Assembly: GCA_964275555.1 (NCBI GenBank)
Contig: CAXYCN010000004.1
Location: 58,916-122,915, forward strand
From: an uncultured Flavobacteriaceae bacterium
Lineage (GTDB): Bacteria > Bacteroidota > Bacteroidia > Flavobacteriales > Flavobacteriaceae
Length of the DNA stretch: 64,000 bases
Reading direction: 5' to 3'
Shown: positions 19,751 to 31,283 of the stretch, piece by piece
Layout: every line of letters begins with the position of its first letter
Numbering within the stretch: the first letter of the stretch is position 1
Program-made: the position numbers and the translations under genes
Notes under the pieces: generated by a model
What the model saw: only the letters and a program-made list of their open reading frames with translations
The model's database searches: none
What the model was told of the DNA's origin: nothing

Positions 19751-21522
19751 TATAGGTAAGAATTTAAAGTTTGCGAGATTTTATTGCTTGAAATACCAGC
19801 GATTTCATGTAATTCATCAATAGTTCCTTGACCTGGAAATTTGTCAGAAATACCAAGATTTTTAATAGGAGTATGATAATTATTTTTGGCTGCAAATTCT
19901 AAAATAGCACTTCCAAAACCTCCTAAAAGTATTCCATCTTCAACAGTAATAATTGTTTTGTATTTTTTAAATATGATGTGTAAAATATTTTCGTCTAATG
20001 GTTTTATAAAACGCATGTCATAACAAGAAATTTCAAAAGCTATTGAGCAATTTTCAATAGCATTGATAACATTATTTATTACCGTACCAATCGTTAAAAT
20101 TGCTATATTTTCACCTTCTTTTATAGAAACAGCTTTTCCTATTTCAATTTTTGAAAAAGATTTTCTCCAATCTAATAACTTTCCCCTTCCTCTTGGATAT
20201 CTTATTGCAATAGGATTTTTCAAACCTAATTGAGCAGTATACATTATATTTCGAAGTTCTACTTCATTTCTAGGTGCAAAAACGATGAGGTTTGGAATAC
20301 ACCGTAAATAGTTGATGTCAAAAATTCCGTGATGTGTTGCTCCGTCTTCACCAACCACGCCCGCTCGATCTAAACAAAAGATGACCGGTAAGTTTTGTAA
20401 ACATACATCATGAATTATTTGATCATAAGCTCTTTGTAGAAAAGTAGAATAGATATTACAAAAGACGATACATCCCTGTGAAGCCATTCCTGCAGAGAAG
20501 GTAACTGCATGCTGTTCTGCAATACCAACATCAAAAGCACGTTCGGGAAGTTCATTCATCATATACCTAAGAGAACTTCCGGTTGGCATGGCAGGAGTTA
20601 TTCCTATTATCTTTTCATTTAAAGTAGCCAATTCTACTAATGTCTTTCCGAAAACATCTTGATATTTTGGAGCTTGTTTGGTTTCTTTTTTTGGATGTAA
20701 TTCTCCAGTTATTGCGTTGAATTTACCTGGAGCATGATAAAGTACTTGGTTTTCTTCTGCTTGTTTTAATCCTTTTCCTTTTTTCGTGATAATATGTAAT
20801 AGTTTGGGACCTTCAATGTTTTTTAAACGCTTTAGTTCTGAAATTAAACCACTTAAATTATGACCATCTATTGGACCAGAATAATTGAAATTTAATGCTT
20901 CAAATATATTATCTGTATTAGGAGTTTTATCTAAAGTTACTTTCAATAAGTATTGCTTTAAAGCACCCACACTTGGATCAATACCGATAGCATTGTCATT
21001 TAAAACAACCAATAAATTGGTTTTACTAACTCCTGCATGGTTTAAAGCTTCAAATGCCATTCCACTCGCAATAGAGGCATCACCTATAACAGCAATATGT
21101 TGTTTTTGAAAGTCTTTTTTTAATCGAGAGGCTATTGCCATTCCTAAAACTGCAGAAATAGAAGTACTACTATGACCAGTGCCAAAAGCATCGTATTTAC
21201 TTTCACTTATTTTTGGGAAACCACTAATTCCATTTAATTGGCGATTGGTATTAAAATTAGATTTTCTACCTGTTAATATCTTATGCCCATAAGCTTGATG
21301 ACCAACATCCCAAACGATGATATCTTCGGGAGTATTAAAAACATAATGAAGTGCTATGGTTAATTCTACAACTCCAAGACTAGCACCAAGATGACCTTCT
21401 TTAGTTGCTACCATCTTAATAATCATTTCTCTAATTTCTTTAGCAAGTTTTGGTAAGTCTTGCTGCAAAACTATTCGAAGATCTTTAGGTAATTGAATTG
21501 TATTTAAAATTGAATTTGGCAC
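19750..21522 (-). CDS. dxs: 1-deoxy-D-xylulose-5-phosphate synthase (GTG start)
   Basis: GHLGASLGVVEL, WDVGHQAY, TPP-binding motif GDA...LNDN, DVGIAEQHA, GEDGATHHG and IRYPRG. Confidence 0.95.
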   Translation of the reverse strand: MPNSILNTIQLPKDLRIVLQQDLPKLAKEIREMIIKMVATKEGHLGASLGVVELTIALHYVFNTPEDIIVWDVGHQAYGHKILTGRKSNFNTNRQLNGISGFPKISESKYDAFGTGHSSTSISAVLGMAIASRLKKDFQKQHIAVIGDASIASGMAFEALNHAGVSKTNLLVVLNDNAIGIDPSVGALKQYLLKVTLDKTPNTDNIFEALNFNYSGPIDGHNLSGLISELKRLKNIEGPKLLHIITKKGKGLKQAEENQVLYHAPGKFNAITGELHPKKETKQAPKYQDVFGKTLVELATLNEKIIGITPAMPTGSSLRYMMNELPERAFDVGIAEQHAVTFSAGMASQGCIVFCNIYSTFLQRAYDQIIHDVCLQNLPVIFCLDRAGVVGEDGATHHGIFDINYLRCIPNLIVFAPRNEVELRNIMYTAQLGLKNPIAIRYPRGRGKLLDWRKSFSKIEIGKAVSIKEGENIAILTIGTVINNVINAIENCSIAFEISCYDMRFIKPLDENILHIIFKKYKTIITVEDGILLGGFGSAILEFAAKNNYHTPIKNLGISDKFPGQGTIDELHEIAGISSNKISQTLNSYL

Positions 21523-21667
21523 TCTACAAAGATACAGTTATTAAAGATTTGTTATTTAGTTAATTTGTATTTTCGTTGCGAACAAAACTTGTTTATAAGT
21601 AATTCATCTATTAAATATTTTTATTTTTGAATCACTTGGTGTAAAATAATAGATAAATAATAATAAA

Positions 21668-22117
21668 TTGATACTACCCTTCGACGATAATTATTTTATG
21701 AAACAAGCTTTAATTGAAGCTAAAGAAGCCTATAAAAAAGGGGAAGTTCCAATTGGAGCAGTTATAGTTTGTGAAAATCAAATAATTGCTCGTGGTCATA
21801 ATTTAACAGAAACCTTAAATGATGTAACCGCTCATGCTGAAATGCAAGCAATCACATCTGCTGCAAATTTTTTAGGAGGCAAGTATTTGTTGAATTGTAC
21901 TTTATATGTGACCATAGAGCCTTGTCAAATGTGTGCGGGTGCATTATTTTGGAGCCAAATAGCAACAATTATTTATGGAGCAAGAGACGAGCAACGGGGT
22001 TGTATAAATTTAAACACAAAGTTGCATCCAAAAACAAAGATAAATGGAGGTGTGTTAGCAGAGGAATGTTCTCAAATTCTCAAAAATTTTTTTATTGAAA
22101 AAAGAAATTTAAATTAA
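21668..22117 (+). CDS. tadA: TadA-like nucleoside/tRNA deaminase (TTG start)
   Basis: EVPIGAV plus the zinc-deaminase motifs TAHAEM and EPCQMC. Confidence 0.8.
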   Translation: MILPFDDNYFMKQALIEAKEAYKKGEVPIGAVIVCENQIIARGHNLTETLNDVTAHAEMQAITSAANFLGGKYLLNCTLYVTIEPCQMCAGALFWSQIATIIYGARDEQRGCINLNTKLHPKTKINGGVLAEECSQILKNFFIEKRNLN

Positions 22118-22160
22118 AAAAAAGACTCATTTCCTGTATCATCATTTTATCCAAATATAA

Positions 22161-22400
22161 TCACTTAGAATCATTATAATCACGCATCTTTTCTATGTTT
22201 TCTTTGGTTAGCATGTAGTCTTTAACATCTTTATTTTTCCATCTTCTATAAATAAAAATAGGCATTGTGATAAAGATTAATAAAACCAATGATAATCCAA
22301 CTAACAGATCTCCATTTTGTGGGTTTACTGGTTTTAAATACAATCCATAACAGATTCCTATTATAGATGATAATACAAGAAATTGTAAAAAATATTTCAT
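22161..22400 (-). CDS. Small hypothetical membrane protein
   Basis: Probable start MKYFLQ at 22400. Two TM segments and the tail RWKNKDVKDYMLTKENIEKM. Confidence 0.7.
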   Translation of the reverse strand: MKYFLQFLVLSSIIGICYGLYLKPVNPQNGDLLVGLSLVLLIFITMPIFIYRRWKNKDVKDYMLTKENIEKMRDYNDSK

Positions 22401-22546
22401 AATTTGAGAAATAAACAACCTCAATTTTAAACATAATATACCTAAAATAGTATACCATCTTCATCAAATTTACCCCAATAATAAATTGTTTTATATTTAT
22501 TTCTCAATAAACAAAGACAACATCTTAATTGGGATTATCCTGAGGC

Positions 22547-24301
22547 TTATTTTTGTATGTCTAATTTAATACTCAACTCTTTTAATTGATCATTGGCTAT
22601 AAATGCAGGTGCATCTATCATTACATCTCGCCCTGAATTATTTTTTGGGAACGCAATGAAATCTCTAATGGTTTCTTGGCCACCTAGAATTGCTACTAAT
22701 CTATCCAGTCCAAATGCTAAACCTCCATGTGGCGGTGCACCGTATTCAAAAGCATCCATTAAAAACCCAAATTGTGCTTTGGCATCTTCTTCTGAAAACC
22801 CTAAATGACGCAACATTGTTGCTTGCATTTGCTTGTCATGAATTCGAATAGAACCTCCACCAATTTCATTTCCGTTTAAAACCAAATCATATGCATTTGC
22901 TTTTACAGCTCCAGGATCTGTATCTAATAATTCTATTTGTCCTGGTTTTGGAGCTGTAAATGGATGATGCATTGCATGATAATGACCAGTTTCTTCATCT
23001 AATTCTAATAAAGGAAAATCAAGTACCCACAATGGTGCAAATTCATTCGTTTTCCTTAGGCCTAATCGATCCGCAAGTTCCATACGCAGTGCACTTAACT
23101 GTGCTCTAACTTTATTGGTTTCACCAGAAAGCACACAAATTAAGTCACCAGTTTTAGCTCCTGTAACTTCTGCCCAATTTGCTAAATCTTCTTGATCGTA
23201 AAATTTGTCTACAGAAGATTTAAAAGTACCGTCATCGTTACAACGAGAATACACCATTCCTAAAGCACCAACTTGAGGCCTTCTCACCCAGTCTATAAGT
23301 TTGTCAATTTCTTTTCGAGAATAACTATTACCACCTGGAATTGCAATACCAACTACTAATTCCGCAGTATTAAAAACTGTAAAATCTTTATGTTTTGCAA
23401 ATTTGTTTAATTCCCCAAACTCCATTCCAAAGCGAATGTCTGGTTTGTCATTCCCATACCGTTGCATTGCGTCGTCATAGGTCATCCTTGGGAATTTATC
23501 AATTTCAATTCCTTTAATTTCTTTTAATAAATAACGGGTTAATCCTTCAAAAATATTTAAAATGTCTTCTTGTTCTACAAAAGCCATTTCACAATCAATT
23601 TGCGTAAACTCTGGTTGCCTATCTGCTCTTAAATCTTCGTCTCTAAAACATTTTACAATTTGAAAGTACTTGTCCATTCCGCCAACCATCAACAATTGTT
23701 TAAAGGTTTGGGGAGATTGGGGTAAAGCGTAAAATTGACCTTCATTCATTCGTGAAGGAACAACAAAATCTCGAGCTCCTTCAGGAGTTGATTTTATAAG
23801 ATATGGAGTTTCTACTTCAATAAATTCCTTTCCAGAAAGATAGTTTCGAACCGCCATGGTTACTTGATGGCGAAAAATAAGATTTTCTCTTACAGGGTTT
23901 CTTCTTATATCTAAATAGCGATATTTCATTCTAATATCGTCACCACCATCGGTCTCATCCTCAATGGTAAAAGGTGGCGTAAGAGAACTGTTTAAAATTG
24001 TAAAATTAGAAACTAAAATTTCAATATTTCCTGTAGGTAGTTTAGGGTTTTTAGAGGCTCTTTCAATTACAGTTCCTTGAACTTGAATTACAAATTCTCT
24101 ACCCAATAATCTAGTTTTTTCAATCAGGTCTTTAGAAGTGCGTTCTTCATCAAAAATTAGCTGTGTAATTCCATAACGATCTCGCAGATCTACCCAAATC
24201 ATAAATCCTTTATCTCTTGATTTTTGTACCCATCCTGCTAAAGTTACCGAACTATTAATGTGACTTTCTCTTAATTCACCACAAGTATGACTTCTATACA
24301 T
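22547..24301 (-). CDS. aspS: Aspartate--tRNA ligase
   Basis: Start [10 protein letters not shown] at 24301. Motifs [38 protein letters not shown] and [14 protein letters not shown]. Confidence 0.97.
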   Translation of the reverse strand: MYRSHTCGELRESHINSSVTLAGWVQKSRDKGFMIWVDLRDRYGITQLIFDEERTSKDLIEKTRLLGREFVIQVQGTVIERASKNPKLPTGNIEILVSNFTILNSSLTPPFTIEDETDGGDDIRMKYRYLDIRRNPVRENLIFRHQVTMAVRNYLSGKEFIEVETPYLIKSTPEGARDFVVPSRMNEGQFYALPQSPQTFKQLLMVGGMDKYFQIVKCFRDEDLRADRQPEFTQIDCEMAFVEQEDILNIFEGLTRYLLKEIKGIEIDKFPRMTYDDAMQRYGNDKPDIRFGMEFGELNKFAKHKDFTVFNTAELVVGIAIPGGNSYSRKEIDKLIDWVRRPQVGALGMVYSRCNDDGTFKSSVDKFYDQEDLANWAEVTGAKTGDLICVLSGETNKVRAQLSALRMELADRLGLRKTNEFAPLWVLDFPLLELDEETGHYHAMHHPFTAPKPGQIELLDTDPGAVKANAYDLVLNGNEIGGGSIRIHDKQMQATMLRHLGFSEEDAKAQFGFLMDAFEYGAPPHGGLAFGLDRLVAILGGQETIRDFIAFPKNNSGRDVMIDAPAFIANDQLKELSIKLDIQK

Positions 24302-24420
24302 TCTAAAATATTTATTTAGTATTAGTTTCCTTAGCACTTTTAAGGATTACAAATTTAATAAGATAAAAGAGCATTTTACGTTCTTTTTAAAAAAAGATTA
24401 AAATTGGGATTAATAGTTGA

Positions 24421-24522
24421 TTTTGTAATGGTCTTAGAGGATCGTTTTAAATATCCTGGGAAGTAAATCAATTTGGTTTTAATGGTACCATAATTAACGC
24501 AGGAGTATCGTTTAGTTTCTAA
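24421..24522 (+). pseudogene. Remnant C-terminus of an outer-membrane beta-barrel gene
   Basis: One frame reads FCNGLRGSF*ISWEVNQFGFNGTIINAGVSFSF*: amphipathic strands ending in a BAM-type terminal Phe, with an internal stop at 24448-24450 and no start codon. Confidence 0.45.
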
Positions 24523-24548
24523 ATAATAACTAATTCCATTAATTTTTA

Positions 24549-24578
24549 AAAACCCCTTTTCAATTGAAAAGGGGTTTT
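24549..24578. terminator. Bidirectional terminator
   Basis: AAAACCCCTTTTCAA|TTGAAAAGGGGTTTT perfect inverted repeat just after the RND stop. Confidence 0.8.
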
Positions 24579-24582
24579 GTTT

Positions 24583-27500
24583 TTATCCGTTAACGGTATT
24601 GTTTAATCCTCTCCAGGATTGAATTTTTAATTTAATTTTATGGGTAATAAAAAATAATATCGGAACAATAACCAGTGTTAAAAATGTTGCAACTATTAAA
24701 CCATAAATTACAGTCCAAGCTAAAGGTCCCCAAAACATAACATTATCTCCTCCAAAATATATATTTGGATTAAATTCACTAAATAAAGTAAAGAAATTTA
24801 TGTTAAAACCGATTGCCAACGGGATTAAACCTAATATGGTCGTTATTGCGGTTAATAATACTGGACGTAACCTTGCTCTACCTCCTTCAATAATAGATTC
24901 TTTTATATTATCAGTAGTTAATAAATCATTATCATCCATTCCTTTTGCAATCATTTTTCTATCAATCAATAACTGAGTATAATCAAGTAATACCACACCA
25001 TTATTTACTACGATTCCCGCTAATGAAATAATACCCATCATGGTCATCATAATAACAAATGCACTACCGGTAATTACAATTCCACCAAACACGCCAATTA
25101 AACTTAAAAAAATTGCAAGCATAATAATAGCTGGTTTTGAAACAGAGTTAAATTGGAAAATTAAGATTAAAAAGATGAGCCCTAATCCAGTAAAAAAAGC
25201 TCCCAATAAAAATGACATCTGTTTTTCTTGCTCCTCTATCTGACCCGTATAATCAATTTTAATATCACTTGGCAATTCTGCAAAATTTTTCATTTCATCT
25301 CTAATGTTTGAGACTATTGCTCCTGCATCTGTATAACCTGGAGCTAGAGCAGAATAAACGGTTACTACACGTTTTGAATCTTTATGCTTTATAGCACTAA
25401 ATCCAGAACTATTTTTTTGTGTGGCTATAACAGAAATAGGAATTTCTTTAATTTTCCCTGAAGCAGCATCTCTGAAAATTATATTTTGATCAAATAAAGC
25501 ACTGGTACTATACCTGTCTTCTTTATTAAATCGAACATAAATATCATAATCATCTCCATTTTCTTTATAAATCCCTGCTTTAGATCCAAAAATTGAATTT
25601 CGTAAAATTTGACCCACCTGTCCGGCACTCACTCCTAATTCTCCTGCTTTTTGACGGTCAATTTCAACTTGCATAGAGGGTTTAGATTTATTTACATCAA
25701 TTTTCAGTTCATCAATTCCTGCAATGTTTTTTGTATTGATAAATTCCCTCATCTTTTCTGCAACCAATATTAACTCTGCATAATCTGGGCCTTCAATTTC
25801 AATGTTAATTGGTGCTCCAGCTGGAGGTCCATTTGCATCTTTTTCTACAGAAATTAATACTCCAGGAAAGATACCTACCAGGGCTTCTTGTACCTTTTGC
25901 CGAAGTAATTCGCTATCAGCTCCTCTTCTATATTTATATTCTCGCATGGAAGCAGTAATTTTACCACGATTTGGCATTTCTGCAGTAGAACCTCCATCGG
26001 ATTGAGGGTTACCAGCTCCTTCTCCAACCTGAGAAACTACACTTTCTATTAAAAAATTATAGACACCGTCGGTATACTCAGCGTCATCTAAAATTCCATA
26101 GACACGATCTTCAATTTCTTTGGTAATAATATTTGTTTTTTCAATATCGGTACCCTGAGGGTACTCTATATACACAATTATTTGATTGGGAGTATTGTCT
26201 GGGAAAAACTCTATTTTGGTCCTTTGGGTTCCTACAGAGTAACCAAAACCAGCAAAGGAAATTATTAATAAAATTACAGTACTAATGGACAACACATAAG
26301 GCATATAACCTTTTAAGGCTCCTCGTAATATCTTTTCATATATTCTTTCCCATTTAGGGATGGTTCTTGTTTGAAAACGATTGGCGATTTTACGCAATCC
26401 AAAGCGGTAAACCCAAAGCATAATAGCGGTGAAAATCATGACACTTCCTAATGCTTTATAAACTCCACCAAATAATAAAATTAGTAATCCAATGCCGGTA
26501 ATAAAAATCGACAAAGTAATAATCTTTTTAAGGGGCATATCATTATCCTCTATGGTCATGAACTGAGAAACCATTACTGAATTAAAAAAGATGGCGACAA
26601 ATAAGGAGGACCCTAATACTACAGAAAGTGTTATTGGAAGGTATATCATAAATTCACCCATAACACCCGGCCAAAGTCCTAAAGGTATAAAAGCTGCAAT
26701 TGTTGTTGCTGTAGAGATTATAATAGGAATGGCAATTTCACTAATTCCTTGTTTTGCGGCTTCAATTCTAGGGATTCCTTCTTCATCCATCAAACGGTAT
26801 ACGTTTTCTACTACTACAATACCGTTATCGACCAACATACCAAGCCCCATAATTAATCCAAAAAGAATCATAGTGTTCATGGTATAACCTAGATAGTTTA
26901 ATATCATTAAAGACATAAACATGGACATAGGAATCGCAAAACCTACAAATAATGCATTTTTAAATCCTAAAAAGAACATTAAAACCGTTACTACTAAAAT
27001 AATCCCAAATAAAATATTATTTACCAAATCATCTACCTGTCCAATAGTTTTTGAAGACTGATCGTTAGCAATAGTTACTTTTAAATTACTAGGAAAAATA
27101 TCTTTTTTAGCTTTTTCAACAATAACTTTTATTTTTTCAGCAGCTGCAACCATGTTTTTTCCTACTCTCTTTTTAACATCAAGCATTACCACAGGATTAC
27201 CAAACTCTCTTGCATAAGTGGTTCTCTCCTTTTCTTTAAAATAAACAGCTGCAATGTTTTTTAAATAAATTGGACTGCCATTATCAGATTTTACCACAAA
27301 ATTCTCTAAATCCGAAGGATCTGTAATTTCTCCTATTACGCGAATAGTTCTTCTTTGACCACTAGCTATAAGATTCCCAGCAGACATAGTTATATTTCCA
27401 TTATTTATGGCTCCAATAACATCGTTAAAACTTACTTTGGCAGCCATCATTTTGTAGATATCTACTGCAACTTCTACTTCTCTTATTTGAGCTCCTCGGA

Positions 27501-28071
27501 TGTCAACTTTTTTTATTTCAGGTAAGTTTTCTATTTCATCTTCTAAATATTCGCCATATTCTTTTAATTTTCCAATGGGATAATCTCCAGAAATATTAAT
27601 ATTTAATATGGGTATTTCTTCAGACATACTTAAAGCGAATACATTGGGTTCAACCTTAGCACCATTAAATATTGGCCAATCCTCTCCAGATGTTTCAGTT
27701 TCTATTTCGTCTTTTACTTTTTGTTTGGCGAATTCAACATCTATATCTTCATCAAATTCTACTACAATCGAAGAGACATCTTCTTGTGATGTAGAGTTAA
27801 TTTTAACAACATTACTCAATGTTTTTAGTTTGTCTTCTAAGGGTGTTGTTATTAATTTTTCAATATCTTCAGCTGTATTGCCTGGAAAAACAGAACTGAC
27901 ATAAATTTTAGTTTCTTTAATTTCTGGAAAACTTTCTCGAGGCATACTAAAATAAGCGGATATTCCTAAAAACAATATAATTACCATCATCACATAGATG
28001 GTGGTTTTGTTGTTGATTGCCCAAGAAGATAAACCAAATTCTTTGTTGATATTTTTTTTCTTTTTACTCAT
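24583..28071 (-). CDS. RND efflux permease (AcrB family)
   Basis: 1162 aa; GMLVDNGIVVVENVYR; GIVVNNGVVLLD; RLRPVLLTAITTILGLIPL. Confidence 0.95.
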   Translation of the reverse strand: MSKKKKNINKEFGLSSWAINNKTTIYVMMVIILFLGISAYFSMPRESFPEIKETKIYVSSVFPGNTAEDIEKLITTPLEDKLKTLSNVVKINSTSQEDVSSIVVEFDEDIDVEFAKQKVKDEIETETSGEDWPIFNGAKVEPNVFALSMSEEIPILNINISGDYPIGKLKEYGEYLEDEIENLPEIKKVDIRGAQIREVEVAVDIYKMMAAKVSFNDVIGAINNGNITMSAGNLIASGQRRTIRVIGEITDPSDLENFVVKSDNGSPIYLKNIAAVYFKEKERTTYAREFGNPVVMLDVKKRVGKNMVAAAEKIKVIVEKAKKDIFPSNLKVTIANDQSSKTIGQVDDLVNNILFGIILVVTVLMFFLGFKNALFVGFAIPMSMFMSLMILNYLGYTMNTMILFGLIMGLGMLVDNGIVVVENVYRLMDEEGIPRIEAAKQGISEIAIPIIISTATTIAAFIPLGLWPGVMGEFMIYLPITLSVVLGSSLFVAIFFNSVMVSQFMTIEDNDMPLKKIITLSIFITGIGLLILLFGGVYKALGSVMIFTAIMLWVYRFGLRKIANRFQTRTIPKWERIYEKILRGALKGYMPYVLSISTVILLIISFAGFGYSVGTQRTKIEFFPDNTPNQIIVYIEYPQGTDIEKTNIITKEIEDRVYGILDDAEYTDGVYNFLIESVVSQVGEGAGNPQSDGGSTAEMPNRGKITASMREYKYRRGADSELLRQKVQEALVGIFPGVLISVEKDANGPPAGAPINIEIEGPDYAELILVAEKMREFINTKNIAGIDELKIDVNKSKPSMQVEIDRQKAGELGVSAGQVGQILRNSIFGSKAGIYKENGDDYDIYVRFNKEDRYSTSALFDQNIIFRDAASGKIKEIPISVIATQKNSSGFSAIKHKDSKRVVTVYSALAPGYTDAGAIVSNIRDEMKNFAELPSDIKIDYTGQIEEQEKQMSFLLGAFFTGLGLIFLILIFQFNSVSKPAIIMLAIFLSLIGVFGGIVITGSAFVIMMTMMGIISLAGIVVNNGVVLLDYTQLLIDRKMIAKGMDDNDLLTTDNIKESIIEGGRARLRPVLLTAITTILGLIPLAIGFNINFFTLFSEFNPNIYFGGDNVMFWGPLAWTVIYGLIVATFLTLVIVPILFFITHKIKLKIQSWRGLNNTVNG

Positions 28072-29242
28072 TATTTTCCACGTTTAAAATTCTCACACTT
28101 TGACCGTCTTTCACATTTCTAGCACCTTCATTAATAATGATGTCGTTACTTGCTAAACCTTGTAAAATTTCTACAAAACCTCCTTGATTTTTTCCAGTTT
28201 TCACAATCATTTTTTTAACAATAGCTTCGTTGTCTTTATTGATGTTATCAGCAATAAAAATGTATTGCTCTCCTAATGAATTTTCTGAAATAATACTCTG
28301 AGGTATTAATATTGCTCGCTCACTAGTGTAATCATTTATTTTAATTTTAGCGGTAAGATTGGGCTTAATGTTTTTTTCTTTGTTTTTGATTGGAATTGTA
28401 ATTTTAAAAGTTCGATTGCTTGGGTTTATAAAATTACTAGCTTGATCTACTTTTGTATTTAAGGTTTCATCTAAAACTGGAAAATAAACTTCAACGTTTT
28501 TTCCCGGTACAATACTGCTTAAATAAACTTCTGGGACTTCAACTTCAATATACATGTTGTCCAAGTTTACAATTCTTAATAATTGGGAAGCCCCTGCTCC
28601 AACAACAGTTCCTTGTTCTGAAATGATATCATCTATAACACCTGAGAATGGTGCACGAACCGAAGTTTTTTCTAATTGAGATTTCATTTGGGTTACAGCA
28701 TTTTCTTGACCTTCATAAGTTGCCTTAGCTTGTAAAAATTCGATTTCACTACCTATTTTTTGTTTCCAAAGACGTTCTTGTCTATCAAACGTAGTTTTTG
28801 CTAAATTTAATTGCACTTCCATTTGTGCTAATTGTTGGGATAAACCAGCGTCATCGATCGTCGCTAATAACTGACCTTTCACTACTTTTTGTCCTTCTTT
28901 GACAAATAATTTTTTAAGAAGTCCTGAAAACTCTGGGTATAAAATTAAATTTTGCTTGGTTGCAACACTACCTTGTAACTCTAAAAAGTGATTAAAATCA
29001 GTTACTTTAACCTGAAATGCAGTTACTAGAGGGTATTTTTTAATCGTATCTAAACTAGATATTGCTTCATCAATAATTTTTAATTTTTTAATAATTGCAG
29101 TTTGTTCGCTAACTAATTCATTGCGTTGTTTTCTTATTTTTTTGAGGTCTTTACTTTCTATAATTGATGTTATAGATTTTGAATCATTAGCACAAGAAAT
29201 CGTTAGTATTGCTAAGGTTAATAGTAAAAATATATTTTTCAT
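28064..29242 (-). CDS. RND efflux periplasmic adaptor (MFP)
   Basis: Lipobox TISC; lipoyl-like halves VKEGQKVVKGQLL and VRAPFSGVI; overlaps the RND start. Confidence 0.92.
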   Translation of the reverse strand: MKNIFLLLTLAILTISCANDSKSITSIIESKDLKKIRKQRNELVSEQTAIIKKLKIIDEAISSLDTIKKYPLVTAFQVKVTDFNHFLELQGSVATKQNLILYPEFSGLLKKLFVKEGQKVVKGQLLATIDDAGLSQQLAQMEVQLNLAKTTFDRQERLWKQKIGSEIEFLQAKATYEGQENAVTQMKSQLEKTSVRAPFSGVIDDIISEQGTVVGAGASQLLRIVNLDNMYIEVEVPEVYLSSIVPGKNVEVYFPVLDETLNTKVDQASNFINPSNRTFKITIPIKNKEKNIKPNLTAKIKINDYTSERAILIPQSIISENSLGEQYIFIADNINKDNEAIVKKMIVKTGKNQGGFVEILQGLASNDIIINEGARNVKDGQSVRILNVENNE

Positions 29243-29265
29243 TTTAAAATAAATTATAGTGGTGA

Positions 29266-30624
29266 TTAATTTGTTGCTTTTAATTGGGGTGTGTTTAATA
29301 CAGTTTCAAGATCAGCTTTTGTTGTAATGACTCTAAGCATGGCTTCGAAATAATTTTGTTGAGCAGTGTATAATTGTATTTGTGCTGTTCGCAAGTCGAA
29401 ACTTGTTGCAAGTCCTTCTAAAAATTTTATTTCATTTTTTCTCTCAACACGTTCCGATAAATCCAAATTCTTTTTATTGTTATTATATATTTCAACTGCA
29501 AATCGATAATTATTTTTTGCAGTATTTATTTCTAATAAAACTTTTTGATAGGCTTCCGTCAGATTAGTTTCTGATTGTTCTAAAGCTATTCTTGCTTGTT
29601 GAGTTTTTGCATTCCTTAATCCACTACTTAGTATTGGTATATTCATGCTAATACCTACTATTGATGATTGATACCATTTTTGATCATTATTAAAGAAATT
29701 AAAGTCGTCACTATTTGCTTGTGTTCCATAATTTACAAATGCTACAAGATTTGGAATGGAGTAAGATTTTTCTAATTTCAATTTTAAAATCTGTTGTTCA
29801 GTAAAGTTATTTGCTATTTTATAATCGATATTATTTTCAATTTTTATGTTTTCTTCTAAAAATTCAAGGCTAATATTTTGTTGTGTTAAAGATGTTAAGT
29901 TATCAAGTAAAACTACTTCGCTCTCCACATCTATTCCTAGAGCTAGGTTGAACATTTGTTTTGCGATTATTAATGTCCTTTCTGAATTTTTTAATTGAGT
30001 TTCCAAATTAATTAGCGTAATTTCCAGTTGCTCCACACTTTCTTCTTCTGTGAATCCATTTTCATAAAAAGCCCTAGTTTCAAAAATATTTTTTTCAAGA
30101 TTAGTTTTGTTAAGCTCAAAAATTTCAATTAATTCTTTTGAAAGCAATACACTTCCATAAGCATTTATAACGCCTCTTCTAACTTCAAGTTGCGTTTTTT
30201 CTTCTGCGTTTTCTGAATAATCTAAAAATGTTTTTGCCGCTTGTAAGCCTACTAAATAACTACCATCAAAAATTAATTGTGTTAAAGTTGCACCTAGCGT
30301 TGCATTTTGTTTAGTTCCAAAAACTATAGGGACAAAAGATCCAGCTTCTCCCCCAGCAATTTCACCTGGTAGAAGAGTTGTTGGTTGTTTTAAATTGTTT
30401 TGATAAGAAATATTTGCATCTAATTGAGGTAAACCACCAGCTGTAGTTTCCCATTTTTTCTTAATTGCAATAGCAATATCTCTTCGAGCATTAATAGCAG
30501 TATAGTTACTATCTAAAGCAAAATCTATAGCTTGTTCTAATGTGAAATTATACTTTTGGTTTTGTTGAGCAATACTAATATTTGAAAGCATTGTAAAACC
30601 TAATAAGATGAATATTTTATTCAT
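29266..30624 (-). CDS. TolC family outer-membrane efflux protein
   Basis: Signal peptide; FTLEQAIDFALDSN; duplicated OEP repeats; operon context. Confidence 0.92.
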   Translation of the reverse strand: MNKIFILLGFTMLSNISIAQQNQKYNFTLEQAIDFALDSNYTAINARRDIAIAIKKKWETTAGGLPQLDANISYQNNLKQPTTLLPGEIAGGEAGSFVPIVFGTKQNATLGATLTQLIFDGSYLVGLQAAKTFLDYSENAEEKTQLEVRRGVINAYGSVLLSKELIEIFELNKTNLEKNIFETRAFYENGFTEEESVEQLEITLINLETQLKNSERTLIIAKQMFNLALGIDVESEVVLLDNLTSLTQQNISLEFLEENIKIENNIDYKIANNFTEQQILKLKLEKSYSIPNLVAFVNYGTQANSDDFNFFNNDQKWYQSSIVGISMNIPILSSGLRNAKTQQARIALEQSETNLTEAYQKVLLEINTAKNNYRFAVEIYNNNKKNLDLSERVERKNEIKFLEGLATSFDLRTAQIQLYTAQQNYFEAMLRVITTKADLETVLNTPQLKATN

Positions 30625-31225
30625 TATTGTTCTTTTTTATAATGTGATTGAGGGCGTTTAATCCTTCTTTTGTAATTATTCCTCTCAAGTGATATTCTAA
30701 AAAACTATTCATTAATTCTTTTTTGGAAAATAATTCAGGTGGAAAAATATTTTCATCTTTTGTACCTGTAATACCTATAAAATAAATTCTTGAAACAAAA
30801 TCAACATTAATATTGGTTCTGTACAATCCTAGTTTTAGCCCTCTTTTAAAATTATCAACTACACAATCTTGAATTAATTCAAACTGTTTTTTCTTAAGCG
30901 CATCGTTGATCTCTGGATAGTATTTACAAAGTTGATAATGGGGTGATGTTTTTTCATTTTTTAAATGCACCATCACATATTTTTTTATTTCATAAAGCTC
31001 TTCTATTGGATTTTTATGCAGAGCACAAATACAAGTAATACCCTTTGAGATTGTATCAAATACCTGATAAGTTGAGGCTTCCACTAATTCTGTCTTATTA
31101 TTAAAATGAGAATAAATTGTTTTTTTAGAGATATGCATTTCAGATGCAATATCGTCCATAGTAACGCTTTTAAACCCATAGTTAATAAATAAATCGATTG
31201 CTTTTATTAATATTTTTTCTTTCAA
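30617..31225 (-). CDS. TetR/AcrR family regulator (TTG start)
   Basis: HTH motif LFINYGFKSVTMDDIASEMHISKKTIYSHF. First gene of the efflux operon. Confidence 0.93.
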   Translation of the reverse strand: MKEKILIKAIDLFINYGFKSVTMDDIASEMHISKKTIYSHFNNKTELVEASTYQVFDTISKGITCICALHKNPIEELYEIKKYVMVHLKNEKTSPHYQLCKYYPEINDALKKKQFELIQDCVVDNFKRGLKLGLYRTNINVDFVSRIYFIGITGTKDENIFPPELFSKKELMNSFLEYHLRGIITKEGLNALNHIIKKNNNE

Positions 31226-31244
31226 ATCTTAAAATTTGTGTTTG

Positions 31245-31283
31245 CAAATATAACAAGGAAACTTTAAGAACAAAATAAGTTTC
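31245..31283 (-). promoter_or_regulatory. Efflux operon promoter with candidate TetR operator
   Basis: -7 box TATATTTG (31245-31252, - strand) and -33 TTTG (31271-31274). The inverted repeat GAAACTT-N12-AAGTTTC at 31258-31283 overlaps the -33 element. Confidence 0.6.

Noticed and set aside
22401-22546. Possible gene remnant between aspS and the small membrane protein
   Set aside because: Only short, broken fragments with no recognisable motif, so it cannot be supported without a search.
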